From Dehalococcoidia bacterium (GTDB taxonomy: Bacteria > Chloroflexota > Dehalococcoidia > UBA2979), in contig OZ219871.1 in assembly GCA_964291495.2 (NCBI GenBank), forward strand, positions 1,184,001 to 1,248,000: a stretch of 64,000 nt of DNA, in the 5' to 3' direction. The notes under the pieces are model-generated. The model saw nothing but the letters and a program-made list of their open reading frames with translations, ran no database searches and was not told the origin of the DNA. Of the stretch, positions 56,482 through 64,000 are shown in pieces (the stretch's first letter is position 1; the number at the start of each line of letters is the position of its first letter). Both the position numbers and the translations under genes were made by a program.

Positions 56482-57147
56482 ATGCCGCGCGAGCAGTTCC
56501 AGGCTGACCTCGACCGGCTGCAGGACGGCCTGCTCGAGATGGGCGCGATGGTAGACCGCCAGATCGAGCGCTCGATCGTGGCGCTGGTCGAACGCGACGT
56601 CGCGCTCGCCGACGCGGTGATCCGCGACGACGCCGAGGTCAACCGCAAGCGCTTCGACCTCGACAACCAGGTGCTGCACCTGCTCGCCCAGCAGGGACCG
56701 ATGGCGCGCGACCTGCGCATCGTGATCTCCGTGCTCTCGATGGTCGTGGACCTCGAGCGCATGGGCGACCACGCCAAAGGCATCGGCGCGATCGTGCAGA
56801 TGATGTCGGACGAGCCGCTGGTCAAGCCGCTGGTCGACATCCCGGAGATGGCGACGCGCGCGCGCGCCATGCTCAACAATTCCCTCGACGCCTTCGTCAA
56901 CGGCGACATCGAGGCCGCCTACCGGGTCGGGCAGGCGGACGACGGCGTGGACGAGTTGCAGGACCGCGTCTACCAGGATCTGGTCGCGATCATGATCAAC
57001 GATCCGACGACGGTCGAGCCCTGCACGCACCTGCTCTGGGTGGCGCACAACCTCGAGCGGATCGCGGACCGCACCACGAACATCGCCGAGCGCGTGGTCT
57101 TCGCCGAGACGGGCGAGATCGTCGAGATGGACCTCTCGACGTACTAG
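56482..57147 (+). CDS. phoU: Phosphate signalling protein PhoU
   Basis: 'DLERMGDHA' and 'NLERIADRTTNIAE' repeats. Confidence 0.95.
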   Translation: MPREQFQADLDRLQDGLLEMGAMVDRQIERSIVALVERDVALADAVIRDDAEVNRKRFDLDNQVLHLLAQQGPMARDLRIVISVLSMVVDLERMGDHAKGIGAIVQMMSDEPLVKPLVDIPEMATRARAMLNNSLDAFVNGDIEAAYRVGQADDGVDELQDRVYQDLVAIMINDPTTVEPCTHLLWVAHNLERIADRTTNIAERVVFAETGEIVEMDLSTY

Positions 57148-57158
57148 GCGCTCACCCT

Positions 57159-57863
57159 CTAGCCCGTGTCCGCCTCCTCCGAGCCCGGCGGGCTTGCCGC
57201 TCGCACGAGCTGGTAGAGCAACGCACCGAGGATCGCGCCGGCGATCGGCCCGACCCAGTAGACCCAGTGGTCCGTCCACGTGCCGGAGAGCAGCGCCGGG
57301 CCGAACGAGCGCGCCGGGTTCATCGAGGCGCCCGCGATCGGGCCGGAGAAGATCGCGGCGAGGCCGACGTAGCCGCCGATCGCGATCGCCGCCGTGCCGC
57401 GTACGGCGCGCGCGTCGGTGGCAACGGCCATGATCACGAACATCAGGAAGGTGGTGATCACCACCTCGAGGCCAAGCGCCTGGGCGGCGCCATCGCTTGG
57501 CACGGTGCTGCCGAGGCCGGCGACACGCCCGAACAGCCAGCGCAGCACCAGTCCGGCGGCGGCCGCCCCGGCCAGCTGCGCGCCGAGGTAGGGCAGCATC
57601 TGTGCGCGCGGGAAGCGCCCGACGACCGCGAAGGCGATGGTCACGGCCGGGTTGATGTGCGCCCCGGAGATGTGCCCGGTCGCGAAGACCGCCGCCATCA
57701 CCGCCAGGCCGAAACTGAGTCCGATCCCGAGCGAACCGACCCCGCCTCCCGAGACGGCGTCGATGACGACCGCGCCGGGGCCGGCGAAGACGAGCAGGAA
57801 CGTGCCGAGCGATTCGGCCGCGTACGCCCGCCCGTGGTCGAACCTCGGGAGCCAGTCACGCAT
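57159..57863 (-). CDS. MIP family channel (aquaporin/aquaglyceroporin)
   Basis: 'SGAHINPAVT' and 'GASMNPARS' NPA boxes. Confidence 0.93.
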   Translation of the reverse strand: MRDWLPRFDHGRAYAAESLGTFLLVFAGPGAVVIDAVSGGGVGSLGIGLSFGLAVMAAVFATGHISGAHINPAVTIAFAVVGRFPRAQMLPYLGAQLAGAAAAGLVLRWLFGRVAGLGSTVPSDGAAQALGLEVVITTFLMFVIMAVATDARAVRGTAAIAIGGYVGLAAIFSGPIAGASMNPARSFGPALLSGTWTDHWVYWVGPIAGAILGALLYQLVRAASPPGSEEADTG

Positions 57864-57885
57864 CGCCGGAGCGTAGCGCGAGACG

Positions 57886-57903
57886 ATTATGCCGTCGTTA
57901 ATC
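57886..57903. promoter_or_regulatory. Second Pho-box-like repeat in the MIP / CYTH-CHAD divergent region
   Basis: TTAT at 57887 and TTAA at 57898 (11-bp period). Confidence 0.35.
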
Positions 57904-57962
57904 GGGCGGCCCGCGCACCCACCAGGCGAGGGCTTGCGCGGCGGGCCTACACTCAGGCTCCG

Positions 57963-59579
57963 GTGCAGCGAGCAGTCTCCCCAGCCGACTCGCCTCCCTG
58001 CCTCGATCACGAAATCGAGTGGCAGTTCGCCGTCGCCGAGACAGCCGAGGCCGAGCGCATCCTGCGGCGCGAAGCGGCGGCGGCCGGGCTAGGCCTGGAG
58101 CCACTCGGCGAGCAGCGGCTCGTCGATCAGTACCTCGACACGGACGGGTGGGCGTTCCAGCGCGCGGGCTTCGCGCTGCGCCTGCGCGAGGGTGGCGGCC
58201 CGCCGCTGGCCGAGCTGAAGGCGCTGACCGGGCGCGACGACACCGAGGATCACGCGCCGCTGCGAAGGCTGGAGATCAGCGAACGCCTGAGCGCGGCCTA
58301 CCCGCTCGATCCCCTCGCCGGGCTGCGGGCCGGGTCGGGACCGGTCTCGCGGCGCGTGCGCGACGTCGTCGGGAACGCCACCCTGCGGCTGCTGTTCACG
58401 CTGCGCACCGTGCGGCGCCGCTTCGCGCTGCGCTCGGGCTGCGCCACGCTCGCCGAGATCGCGATCGATGACACCTCGATCCTGCGCGCGGACGGCGCTG
58501 CGGCGACCGAACTGCGCCGCCTCGAGGTCGAGGTCGGCCGCGAGGGCACGCCGGAGCGTGTCGCGCCGTTCGCGCGACGGCTGCGCGAGCAAGCCGAGCT
58601 GCGGCAGGCCGAGGGCTCGAAGTTCGAGGCCGGCCTCGAGGCCGTCGCGCTGCAGCCCGCGCCTGCGCCCGACCTGGGGCCGACGGACTATGACCACGCC
58701 TCGAGCCTCGTCGAGGTGGCCCGCGCCGCGCTGCGGCGCCAGCTCGCGGCCTGCCTCGCCGAGGAGCCGGGGACGCGGCTCGGCGACGACATCGAGGCGC
58801 TGCACCACATGCGCGTCGCGATCCGCCGGATGCGTGCCGTGATCCGCAGCTTCGCCGAGGCGCTCCCGCCGGAGCTGCTCACGCTGCGCGATGAGTGGCG
58901 CTGGATCGGGGACGCGCTCGGCGAGGTCCGCGACCTCGACGTCCAGATCGAGGCGCTCGACGAGACGGACGCCGCCCTCGCCCCGCTGCGCGAGCAGCTG
59001 CAGGCCGCGCGACGCGCGGCGCGCGCCGAGCTGCTGGCGGCGCTGAACTCACCACGCTACGAGGCGCTGACCGAGGGAGCGGCCGAAGCGCTGCGCGGCG
59101 CAGCCACGAGCACAGACGCCGGGACGCAGCCCGCGCACCTCGCGGTCCCGGGCCTGCTGCGCCGGGCCCGCAAGCGGCTGCGGCGCACCGTCAGGCGACT
59201 CGATAGCGACGCGCCGGCCCGCGAGTACCACCGGGCGCGGATCCGCGCGAAGCGCGTGCGCTACGCGACCGAGTGCGTCGCGGACCTCTACGGCGAGCCG
59301 GCCCGGGAGCTGATCGAGGCGCTCAAGGACGTGCAGGACGTGCTCGGCCGCAGCCAGGACGCCGCGATCGCGATCACGCGGCTCCAGGGGATCGCTTGCG
59401 CGGATCGCGATACTCCGTCCGGGACGCTGTTCGCGATGGGCCGCCTGGCCGAACGCGAAGCCCGCGTGCTTGCCACGCGGGACGAGGCGTTCCGCGTCGC
59501 GTGGGCTCGCTTCCGGAAGTCCTGGAAGCGGTTCGATCGGGCGCTCGATCAGGCCGCCCGCCCCGGGGAACCGCGATGA
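57963..59579 (+). CDS. CYTH + CHAD domain protein (polyphosphate-associated), start uncertain
   Basis: 'HEIEWQF', 'YLDT', 'LRLR' and 'LEVE' (CYTH); 'LHHMRVAIRR', 'LGEVRDLDV' and 'HRARIRAKRVRY' (CHAD). Confidence 0.88.
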   Translation: MQRAVSPADSPPCLDHEIEWQFAVAETAEAERILRREAAAAGLGLEPLGEQRLVDQYLDTDGWAFQRAGFALRLREGGGPPLAELKALTGRDDTEDHAPLRRLEISERLSAAYPLDPLAGLRAGSGPVSRRVRDVVGNATLRLLFTLRTVRRRFALRSGCATLAEIAIDDTSILRADGAAATELRRLEVEVGREGTPERVAPFARRLREQAELRQAEGSKFEAGLEAVALQPAPAPDLGPTDYDHASSLVEVARAALRRQLAACLAEEPGTRLGDDIEALHHMRVAIRRMRAVIRSFAEALPPELLTLRDEWRWIGDALGEVRDLDVQIEALDETDAALAPLREQLQAARRAARAELLAALNSPRYEALTEGAAEALRGAATSTDAGTQPAHLAVPGLLRRARKRLRRTVRRLDSDAPAREYHRARIRAKRVRYATECVADLYGEPARELIEALKDVQDVLGRSQDAAIAITRLQGIACADRDTPSGTLFAMGRLAEREARVLATRDEAFRVAWARFRKSWKRFDRALDQAARPGEPR

Positions 59580-60124
59580 ACCTCTACCTCATCCGCCACG
59601 CGATCGCCGAGGAACGAGACGCCCGGCGCTGGCCCGACGACGCACTGCGCCCGCTCTCCGATCGCGGGCGGCGGCGCTTCGAGCGCGCGGCTGCCGGGCT
59701 GCGCCGGCTCGGCATCGAGGTGGACGTGCTGCTGACCAGCCCCTACATCCGCGCCTGGGCGACCGCCGTGATTCTCGCCTCCGAGGCCGGCTGGCCCGCC
59801 CCCGTCGTCTTCGACTCCGCTCGGCCGCGGAGCAGACCTCAGCACGCGATCGCCGAACTCGCCCGGATCGCGGAGCAGCGCAGCAGCATCGGCGAGGGTC
59901 GCGCGATCGCCCTGGTCGGCCACGAGCCGGACCTCAGCCAGCTTGCCTCGGTGCTGCTGACGGGCGAACCGCATGCGCTGTGGCTGCACTGGCGCAAGGG
60001 CGGCGTGGCCTGCCTGCGCTGCGATCCGGCGCTGGTGCCGGGCAGCGCGACCCTCGAGGAGTACCTGCCGCCGAAGGTGCTGCGCGGCATCGCGGGCCGC
60101 CGCGCGCGCGGCGGCGACCCCTAG
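59576..60124 (+). CDS. sixA: SixA-like histidine phosphatase
   Basis: 'LIRHAIA', 'RPLS', 'TSPY.RA' and 'VGHEPDL'; ATGA overlap with the CHAD gene. Confidence 0.88.
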   Translation: MNLYLIRHAIAEERDARRWPDDALRPLSDRGRRRFERAAAGLRRLGIEVDVLLTSPYIRAWATAVILASEAGWPAPVVFDSARPRSRPQHAIAELARIAEQRSSIGEGRAIALVGHEPDLSQLASVLLTGEPHALWLHWRKGGVACLRCDPALVPGSATLEEYLPPKVLRGIAGRRARGGDP

Positions 60125-61671
60125 CCTCCGCCGAGGACGCCGACCTTCCCCCACTCGTCCTCGATCACCAATCGCCTGCCGAAGACCTGCTCGAGGCGCG
60201 TGGCGATCCGATCCGGGCGCCAGCTGGAGCGCCCCGGCAACAGCACGCGCAGATCGCCGGCGGCGTCCAGTGTCACATGCGGCGGTGCGCCGGGCGGCAG
60301 GCGCAGCTCCATGGCGTCGGCAAGCACGAGGAGCGCGGCCGCCCGTTGCAGCGCCTCGTCGTCCTCGGGGCCGAGCAGCGGGCGCAGCACGCGCGCCAGC
60401 GTCTGCGGGCGATGCGCGATGCGGATCAGGGCGGCGAGGCGCGCCACGTCCGCGTGCGCGAAGCCGCTGAGGTCCGCGCCCAGCACGATCTCCGCGGCGG
60501 CGCGCTGGCGGCGGTAGGCGTCGACGGAGCCGCCGATGTCGTACAGCGTCGAGGCGTAGCGCAGCGTCTCGCGCACGCCCTCGTCCGCCTCGGGATCGAG
60601 CAGCGCGAGCAGCAGCTCGACGATCCCGGTGCGGCGACGGGCCCGATCGTCGTCCCAGCTCGCGAAGCGCCGCGCGAGCGCGCCGACCGAGGCGCGACGC
60701 ACGACCGGCGGGTCGGGCAGTGGGCCGTCGCCGCGCGCCACGCCCTCGCGCAGGCCCTGCCCGGAGACGAGCAACGAGCGGGCGCGCACGTGCTCGATAG
60801 CGGCGAGCACGGCGCTGGCGCCGGCGACGATGATGTCGCTGCGATCGCGGTTGAGGCCGGGCGCCAGGCGGCGTTGCGCCGGTGGCAGGCCGGCGAGCCG
60901 GTTGCGGACGCGCCGCAAGCGGCGCCGCGTGAGCGTGTAGCCGTGGACGCGCACGATCGGGTAGCGCCGCCCGCGACGGCTGACCGCCGCGAGGTTGCGG
61001 ACCGTGCCGCCGGTCCCCACCAGCACCTCGTCCGCCGCGAGGCGTGGCACGCCGGCGCTGACGAACTCCGCGCGCACGTGCAGTCGCAGCGCCTCGATCT
61101 CCTCGTCCGCGGGCGGGTCCGAGGGCAGGAAGCGGTCGGTGAGCCGCAACGTGCCGAGCGGGAAGCTCCACGTCTCGGCAATCGCGCGGTCGCGGAAGCG
61201 CGCGATCTGCAGGCTGCCGCCGCCGAGGTCCACGACCAGCCCGTGCTCGACGGGCAGCCCGTAGATCGCGCCCAGCGCGGCGCGGCGGCCCTCGGTGGGC
61301 CCGTCCAGCACCTCCAGCTCGATGCCCCAGCGGTCGCGGATCACGGCCTCGAGGTCGGAGGCGTTGCCGGCGTCGCGCAGGGCCGCGGTGCCGACGGCGC
61401 AGACGCGGGCGACCCCGCGCCGCGCGGCGAGCGCCATGAAGTCATCGAGGACGGTCAGCGCGCGATCGATCGCCTCCGCCGAGAGGCCGCCCGTGGCATC
61501 GACGGCGCGGGCGAGCCGCACGGTGGCGCGCGGCTCGGCGATGACCTCGAGGTACCCGTCGCCGCGCGGGCGGGCGATCATCATGCGCAGGGAGTTCGAG
61601 CCGACGTCGATCACGGCGATCGGCTCCGGCTCGCCGGGGCCGGCGTGCGGACCCCTCAGGCGTACATTCAT
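60121..61671 (-). CDS. ppx: Ppx/GppA exopolyphosphatase family
   Basis: 'IDVGSNS', 'GTAALRDA', 'DLGGGSLQ', 'GTGGT' and 'GLREG'. Confidence 0.9.
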   Translation of the reverse strand: MNVRLRGPHAGPGEPEPIAVIDVGSNSLRMMIARPRGDGYLEVIAEPRATVRLARAVDATGGLSAEAIDRALTVLDDFMALAARRGVARVCAVGTAALRDAGNASDLEAVIRDRWGIELEVLDGPTEGRRAALGAIYGLPVEHGLVVDLGGGSLQIARFRDRAIAETWSFPLGTLRLTDRFLPSDPPADEEIEALRLHVRAEFVSAGVPRLAADEVLVGTGGTVRNLAAVSRRGRRYPIVRVHGYTLTRRRLRRVRNRLAGLPPAQRRLAPGLNRDRSDIIVAGASAVLAAIEHVRARSLLVSGQGLREGVARGDGPLPDPPVVRRASVGALARRFASWDDDRARRRTGIVELLLALLDPEADEGVRETLRYASTLYDIGGSVDAYRRQRAAAEIVLGADLSGFAHADVARLAALIRIAHRPQTLARVLRPLLGPEDDEALQRAAALLVLADAMELRLPPGAPPHVTLDAAGDLRVLLPGRSSWRPDRIATRLEQVFGRRLVIEDEWGKVGVLGGG

Positions 61672-61858
61672 GCGCCCATCCGTATGCGCGCCACACGCCG
61701 CGCCGGGGAGCTATCGGGTAGCCATGATACCGGGGGTGCCCATTGTGGTACGCAGGACTCCCGACGCCGAGCGAGCGCAAGGTGAAGAGCGCGTCCCGGC
61801 TGGACTCGGGGCGGGGGCGGCGCACATCATGGAAGTGCATAGCGAAAGGCGCTCCGCC

Positions 61859-62032
61859 ATGAAGATATTCCGCAGGCTCTTCGTCCTCGCCGCCCTCGCA
61901 GGCATCGTGGCCGTCGTCGCCAGAAAGCTCGGGCTCATCGGAGCGCACGAGGACGAGACGTTCGATTTCGTGTTCGAGGATCCTGCGGGCGAAGACTCAG
62001 CGGACGGCGGCGAGGACGACGCTTCCGAGTAG
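61859..62032 (+). CDS. Small membrane-anchored acidic protein
   Basis: MKIFRRLFVLAALAGIVAVV followed by an Asp/Glu-rich tail; AAGG upstream. Confidence 0.5.
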   Translation: MKIFRRLFVLAALAGIVAVVARKLGLIGAHEDETFDFVFEDPAGEDSADGGEDDASE

Positions 62033-62182
62033 CGCTATCAGCACGATCGCCATGAGGATTCGCAACAGCACGATCCCCCAGGCACGGTGGGCCGGCGGAT
62101 CCCAGTACGCGTATCCCGCCTCTTCCGTGAGATCGGGGTCGAGATCGCCCTCGCTGGACTCGATCCAGTCGCCATCGCTCAC
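61997..62182 (-). CDS. Small membrane protein
   Basis: Acidic N-terminus 'EGDLDPDLTEEAGY' plus a C-terminal TM helix. Confidence 0.55.
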   Translation of the reverse strand: MSDGDWIESSEGDLDPDLTEEAGYAYWDPPAHRAWGIVLLRILMAIVLIALLGSVVLAAVR

Positions 62183-62273
62183 GCGCGCACCTCGCCCTTC
62201 CCGGAACGCCGTCCATGCAGGCTAGCGAACGCGGCCGCGAGGCCGCCAGTGCCCGCAGCGAACGGGCGGCCGC

Positions 62274-63203
62274 GTGACCGCGCCCGAGCCGCCGGCCGGG
62301 GATGGCGCCCTTCCGGCGATCGAGGAGGCCGCCCTCGAGTTCGGCCGGCTCGCCGGCGAGCGCATCGCGGAAGCGCTCGAACACGAGATCGTGGTCGAGT
62401 ACAAGGACGAGACGACCACCGCGGGCGGCGCTCCGACCAACCCCGTCTCCGAGACCGACCGCGCGATCGAGGCGCTGCTGCGTGAGCGCATCGCGGAGCG
62501 CTTCCCGGAGCACGGCGTGATCGGCGAGGAGGTGGGCGCCGACGACGAGGCCGGGCGCGAGTTCGTCTGGGTCCTCGATCCGGTCGACGGCACCGCGAAC
62601 TTCGTCAACGGGTTCCCGCTCTTCTCCAGCTCGATCGGCGTGCTGCAGCGCGGGCGGCCCGTCGTGGGCGCGATCTGGTGCTCGACCTCGCACGCGCTGC
62701 GCCCCGGCGTCTACCACGCGCGCGAGGGCGGCCCGCTCTGTTTCGAGGGCGCACCGGCGCCGCTCGGGCGGCCCAGCGTCGGCGTCACGCGTCGCCTCGG
62801 CGCAGCGCCGGGCGGCGCGCCCGGCCGGCTGCGGCGGCTCGATACGCGCGTGACGGGATCGGCGGCGCTGGAGTGTGCCTTCGTCGCCGCCGGCATCTTC
62901 CAGTCGGCGATCTTTGGCGCGCCGAGCATCTGGGACGTCGCCGCCGGCGCCTGCCTCGTTCGCGCATCGGGACGCGTTGCGGTCACGAACGGGTCGGGCG
63001 GCTGGGGCGCCCTCGATCGCTTCGAGGCGCCGTCGTCCGTCCGGGGAGACCGAACGCCGACGATCCGCGACTGGAGGCAGCCACTGATCCTCGGCACGGA
63101 GGATGAGGCGGAGGCGCTGGTGCGTCGCGCCGGCAGCCTGGGGGTGCGCTGGATGCGGGCGCGCTGGCGGCTCAGGCAGCGCCTGCGGCGCTGGCTGCCG
63201 TGA
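62274..63203 (+). CDS. Inositol monophosphatase family protein
   Basis: 'GEE', 'WVLDPVDGTANF', 'GSAALE' and 'WDVAAG'. Confidence 0.9.
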   Translation: MTAPEPPAGDGALPAIEEAALEFGRLAGERIAEALEHEIVVEYKDETTTAGGAPTNPVSETDRAIEALLRERIAERFPEHGVIGEEVGADDEAGREFVWVLDPVDGTANFVNGFPLFSSSIGVLQRGRPVVGAIWCSTSHALRPGVYHAREGGPLCFEGAPAPLGRPSVGVTRRLGAAPGGAPGRLRRLDTRVTGSAALECAFVAAGIFQSAIFGAPSIWDVAAGACLVRASGRVAVTNGSGGWGALDRFEAPSSVRGDRTPTIRDWRQPLILGTEDEAEALVRRAGSLGVRWMRARWRLRQRLRRWLP

Positions 63204-63213
63204 CGGGCAGCGA

Positions 63214-63975
63214 CTAGATCGGCGGCCAGGGGACGCAGCGCCAGGGGTACATCTCGGGCAGCACCGGATTTGCCAAGAGCTCCGTGCTGCGCTCGATCAG
63301 CGCCTCGACCTCGGCGACGCTGAGGCAGGCGCGCAGCGCGTCCGTCGAGGGGTCCGCGGCGCGCAGGCAGTCGCGCACGCGGCGGATGTCGTGCTGCCAG
63401 CCCTCGGGCAGCCGCTCGCCGGCGAAGTCCCAGATCACCGTGCGCAGCTTCTCGTAGCTGTGGAAGCAGAGCGCGTTGTCGATGCACCAGAGCCGCCCCG
63501 AGCCGTCGAGCAAGACGTGCCCGCCCTTGCGGTCGGCGTTGTTCGCGAGCAGGTCGAAGGCGGCGATGCGGACCAGCGCCTCGCGCAGCTCCTCGCGATC
63601 GCGCAGCTCGAAGAAGTGCTCGGCCGGGTTGTGCTCGATGAAGAGCTGGAACGAGCCCGCGCCCTCGGGCCCCTCGCGCTCGAGGGTCGGCGGTACGATT
63701 TCCCAGCCAAGCAGCCGCGCGTACTCGTAGGTCGCGATCTCGCGGAGATGGAGCGTGCCGTAGGGGAAGTCGCCCAGCGGGCGCTCGCCTCGCTGCGGCT
63801 TGTAGACGGCGAGTCCCTCGCCGTGCGCGGGGTGCGCGAGGTCCACGAGGAAGACGTAGTTGGAGGAGTCGTAGAGCAGCCGCGAGCGCACCACCTCGGC
63901 GTCGCGCAGCGCTTCCTCGACGTAGGGGGCGTCGGGTCGCCAGGCGTTGCGGAGGTCACGGATGCTCTCGGGCAT
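63214..63975 (-). CDS. SCO1664-family PI3/4-kinase-like protein
   Basis: 'VYKP..GERPL.DF', 'NNADRKGGH' and 'IDN...F...KLRTV.W'. Confidence 0.85.
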   Translation of the reverse strand: MPESIRDLRNAWRPDAPYVEEALRDAEVVRSRLLYDSSNYVFLVDLAHPAHGEGLAVYKPQRGERPLGDFPYGTLHLREIATYEYARLLGWEIVPPTLEREGPEGAGSFQLFIEHNPAEHFFELRDREELREALVRIAAFDLLANNADRKGGHVLLDGSGRLWCIDNALCFHSYEKLRTVIWDFAGERLPEGWQHDIRRVRDCLRAADPSTDALRACLSVAEVEALIERSTELLANPVLPEMYPWRCVPWPPI

Positions 63976-64000
63976 GCGCCCTCGCTTCCGGCGGTTCGGT

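Noticed and set aside
1-64000. Many long antisense or alternative-frame ORFs (e.g. 13906..16710 -, 39701..41956 +, 59470..61785 +, 25933..27936 -)
   Set aside because: Shadow ORFs of high-GC coding DNA: Arg/Ala/Pro-rich, without motifs, and overlapping well-supported genes.

Overview
High-GC bacterial chromosomal segment. Gene content includes seven luciferase-like/F420 LLM oxidoreductases, four SDRs, four crotonase-family proteins, three CaiB/BaiF CoA-transferases, paired acyl-CoA dehydrogenases and three small cupins. This resembles Chloroflexota Dehalococcoidia/SAR202-type genomes (inference; no marker gene is present). Recognisable blocks: larE/larB/larC nickel-pincer cofactor genes without larA; an igr-like MaoC-MaoC-DUF35-ACAD-ACAD catabolic cluster; tRNA-Arg(UCG); three tandem NIPSNAP genes; several small toxin-antitoxin-like pairs; a dispersed REP-like palindrome family; and a pstSCAB-phoU / aquaporin / CYTH-CHAD / sixA / ppx phosphate cluster with Pho-box-like repeats. 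The best candidate for an undescribed system is a seven-gene, translationally coupled operon at 48288-52445. It encodes an aldo/keto reductase, a coproheme decarboxylase-like protein, four tandem ABM-fold proteins in an A-B-A-B pattern, and a fused AhbAB/NirDL-like siroheme decarboxylase. Two genes carry single-base frameshifts that look like assembly errors. I saw no CRISPR array, integrase or transposase. All family assignments come from reading motifs by eye, not from database searches.
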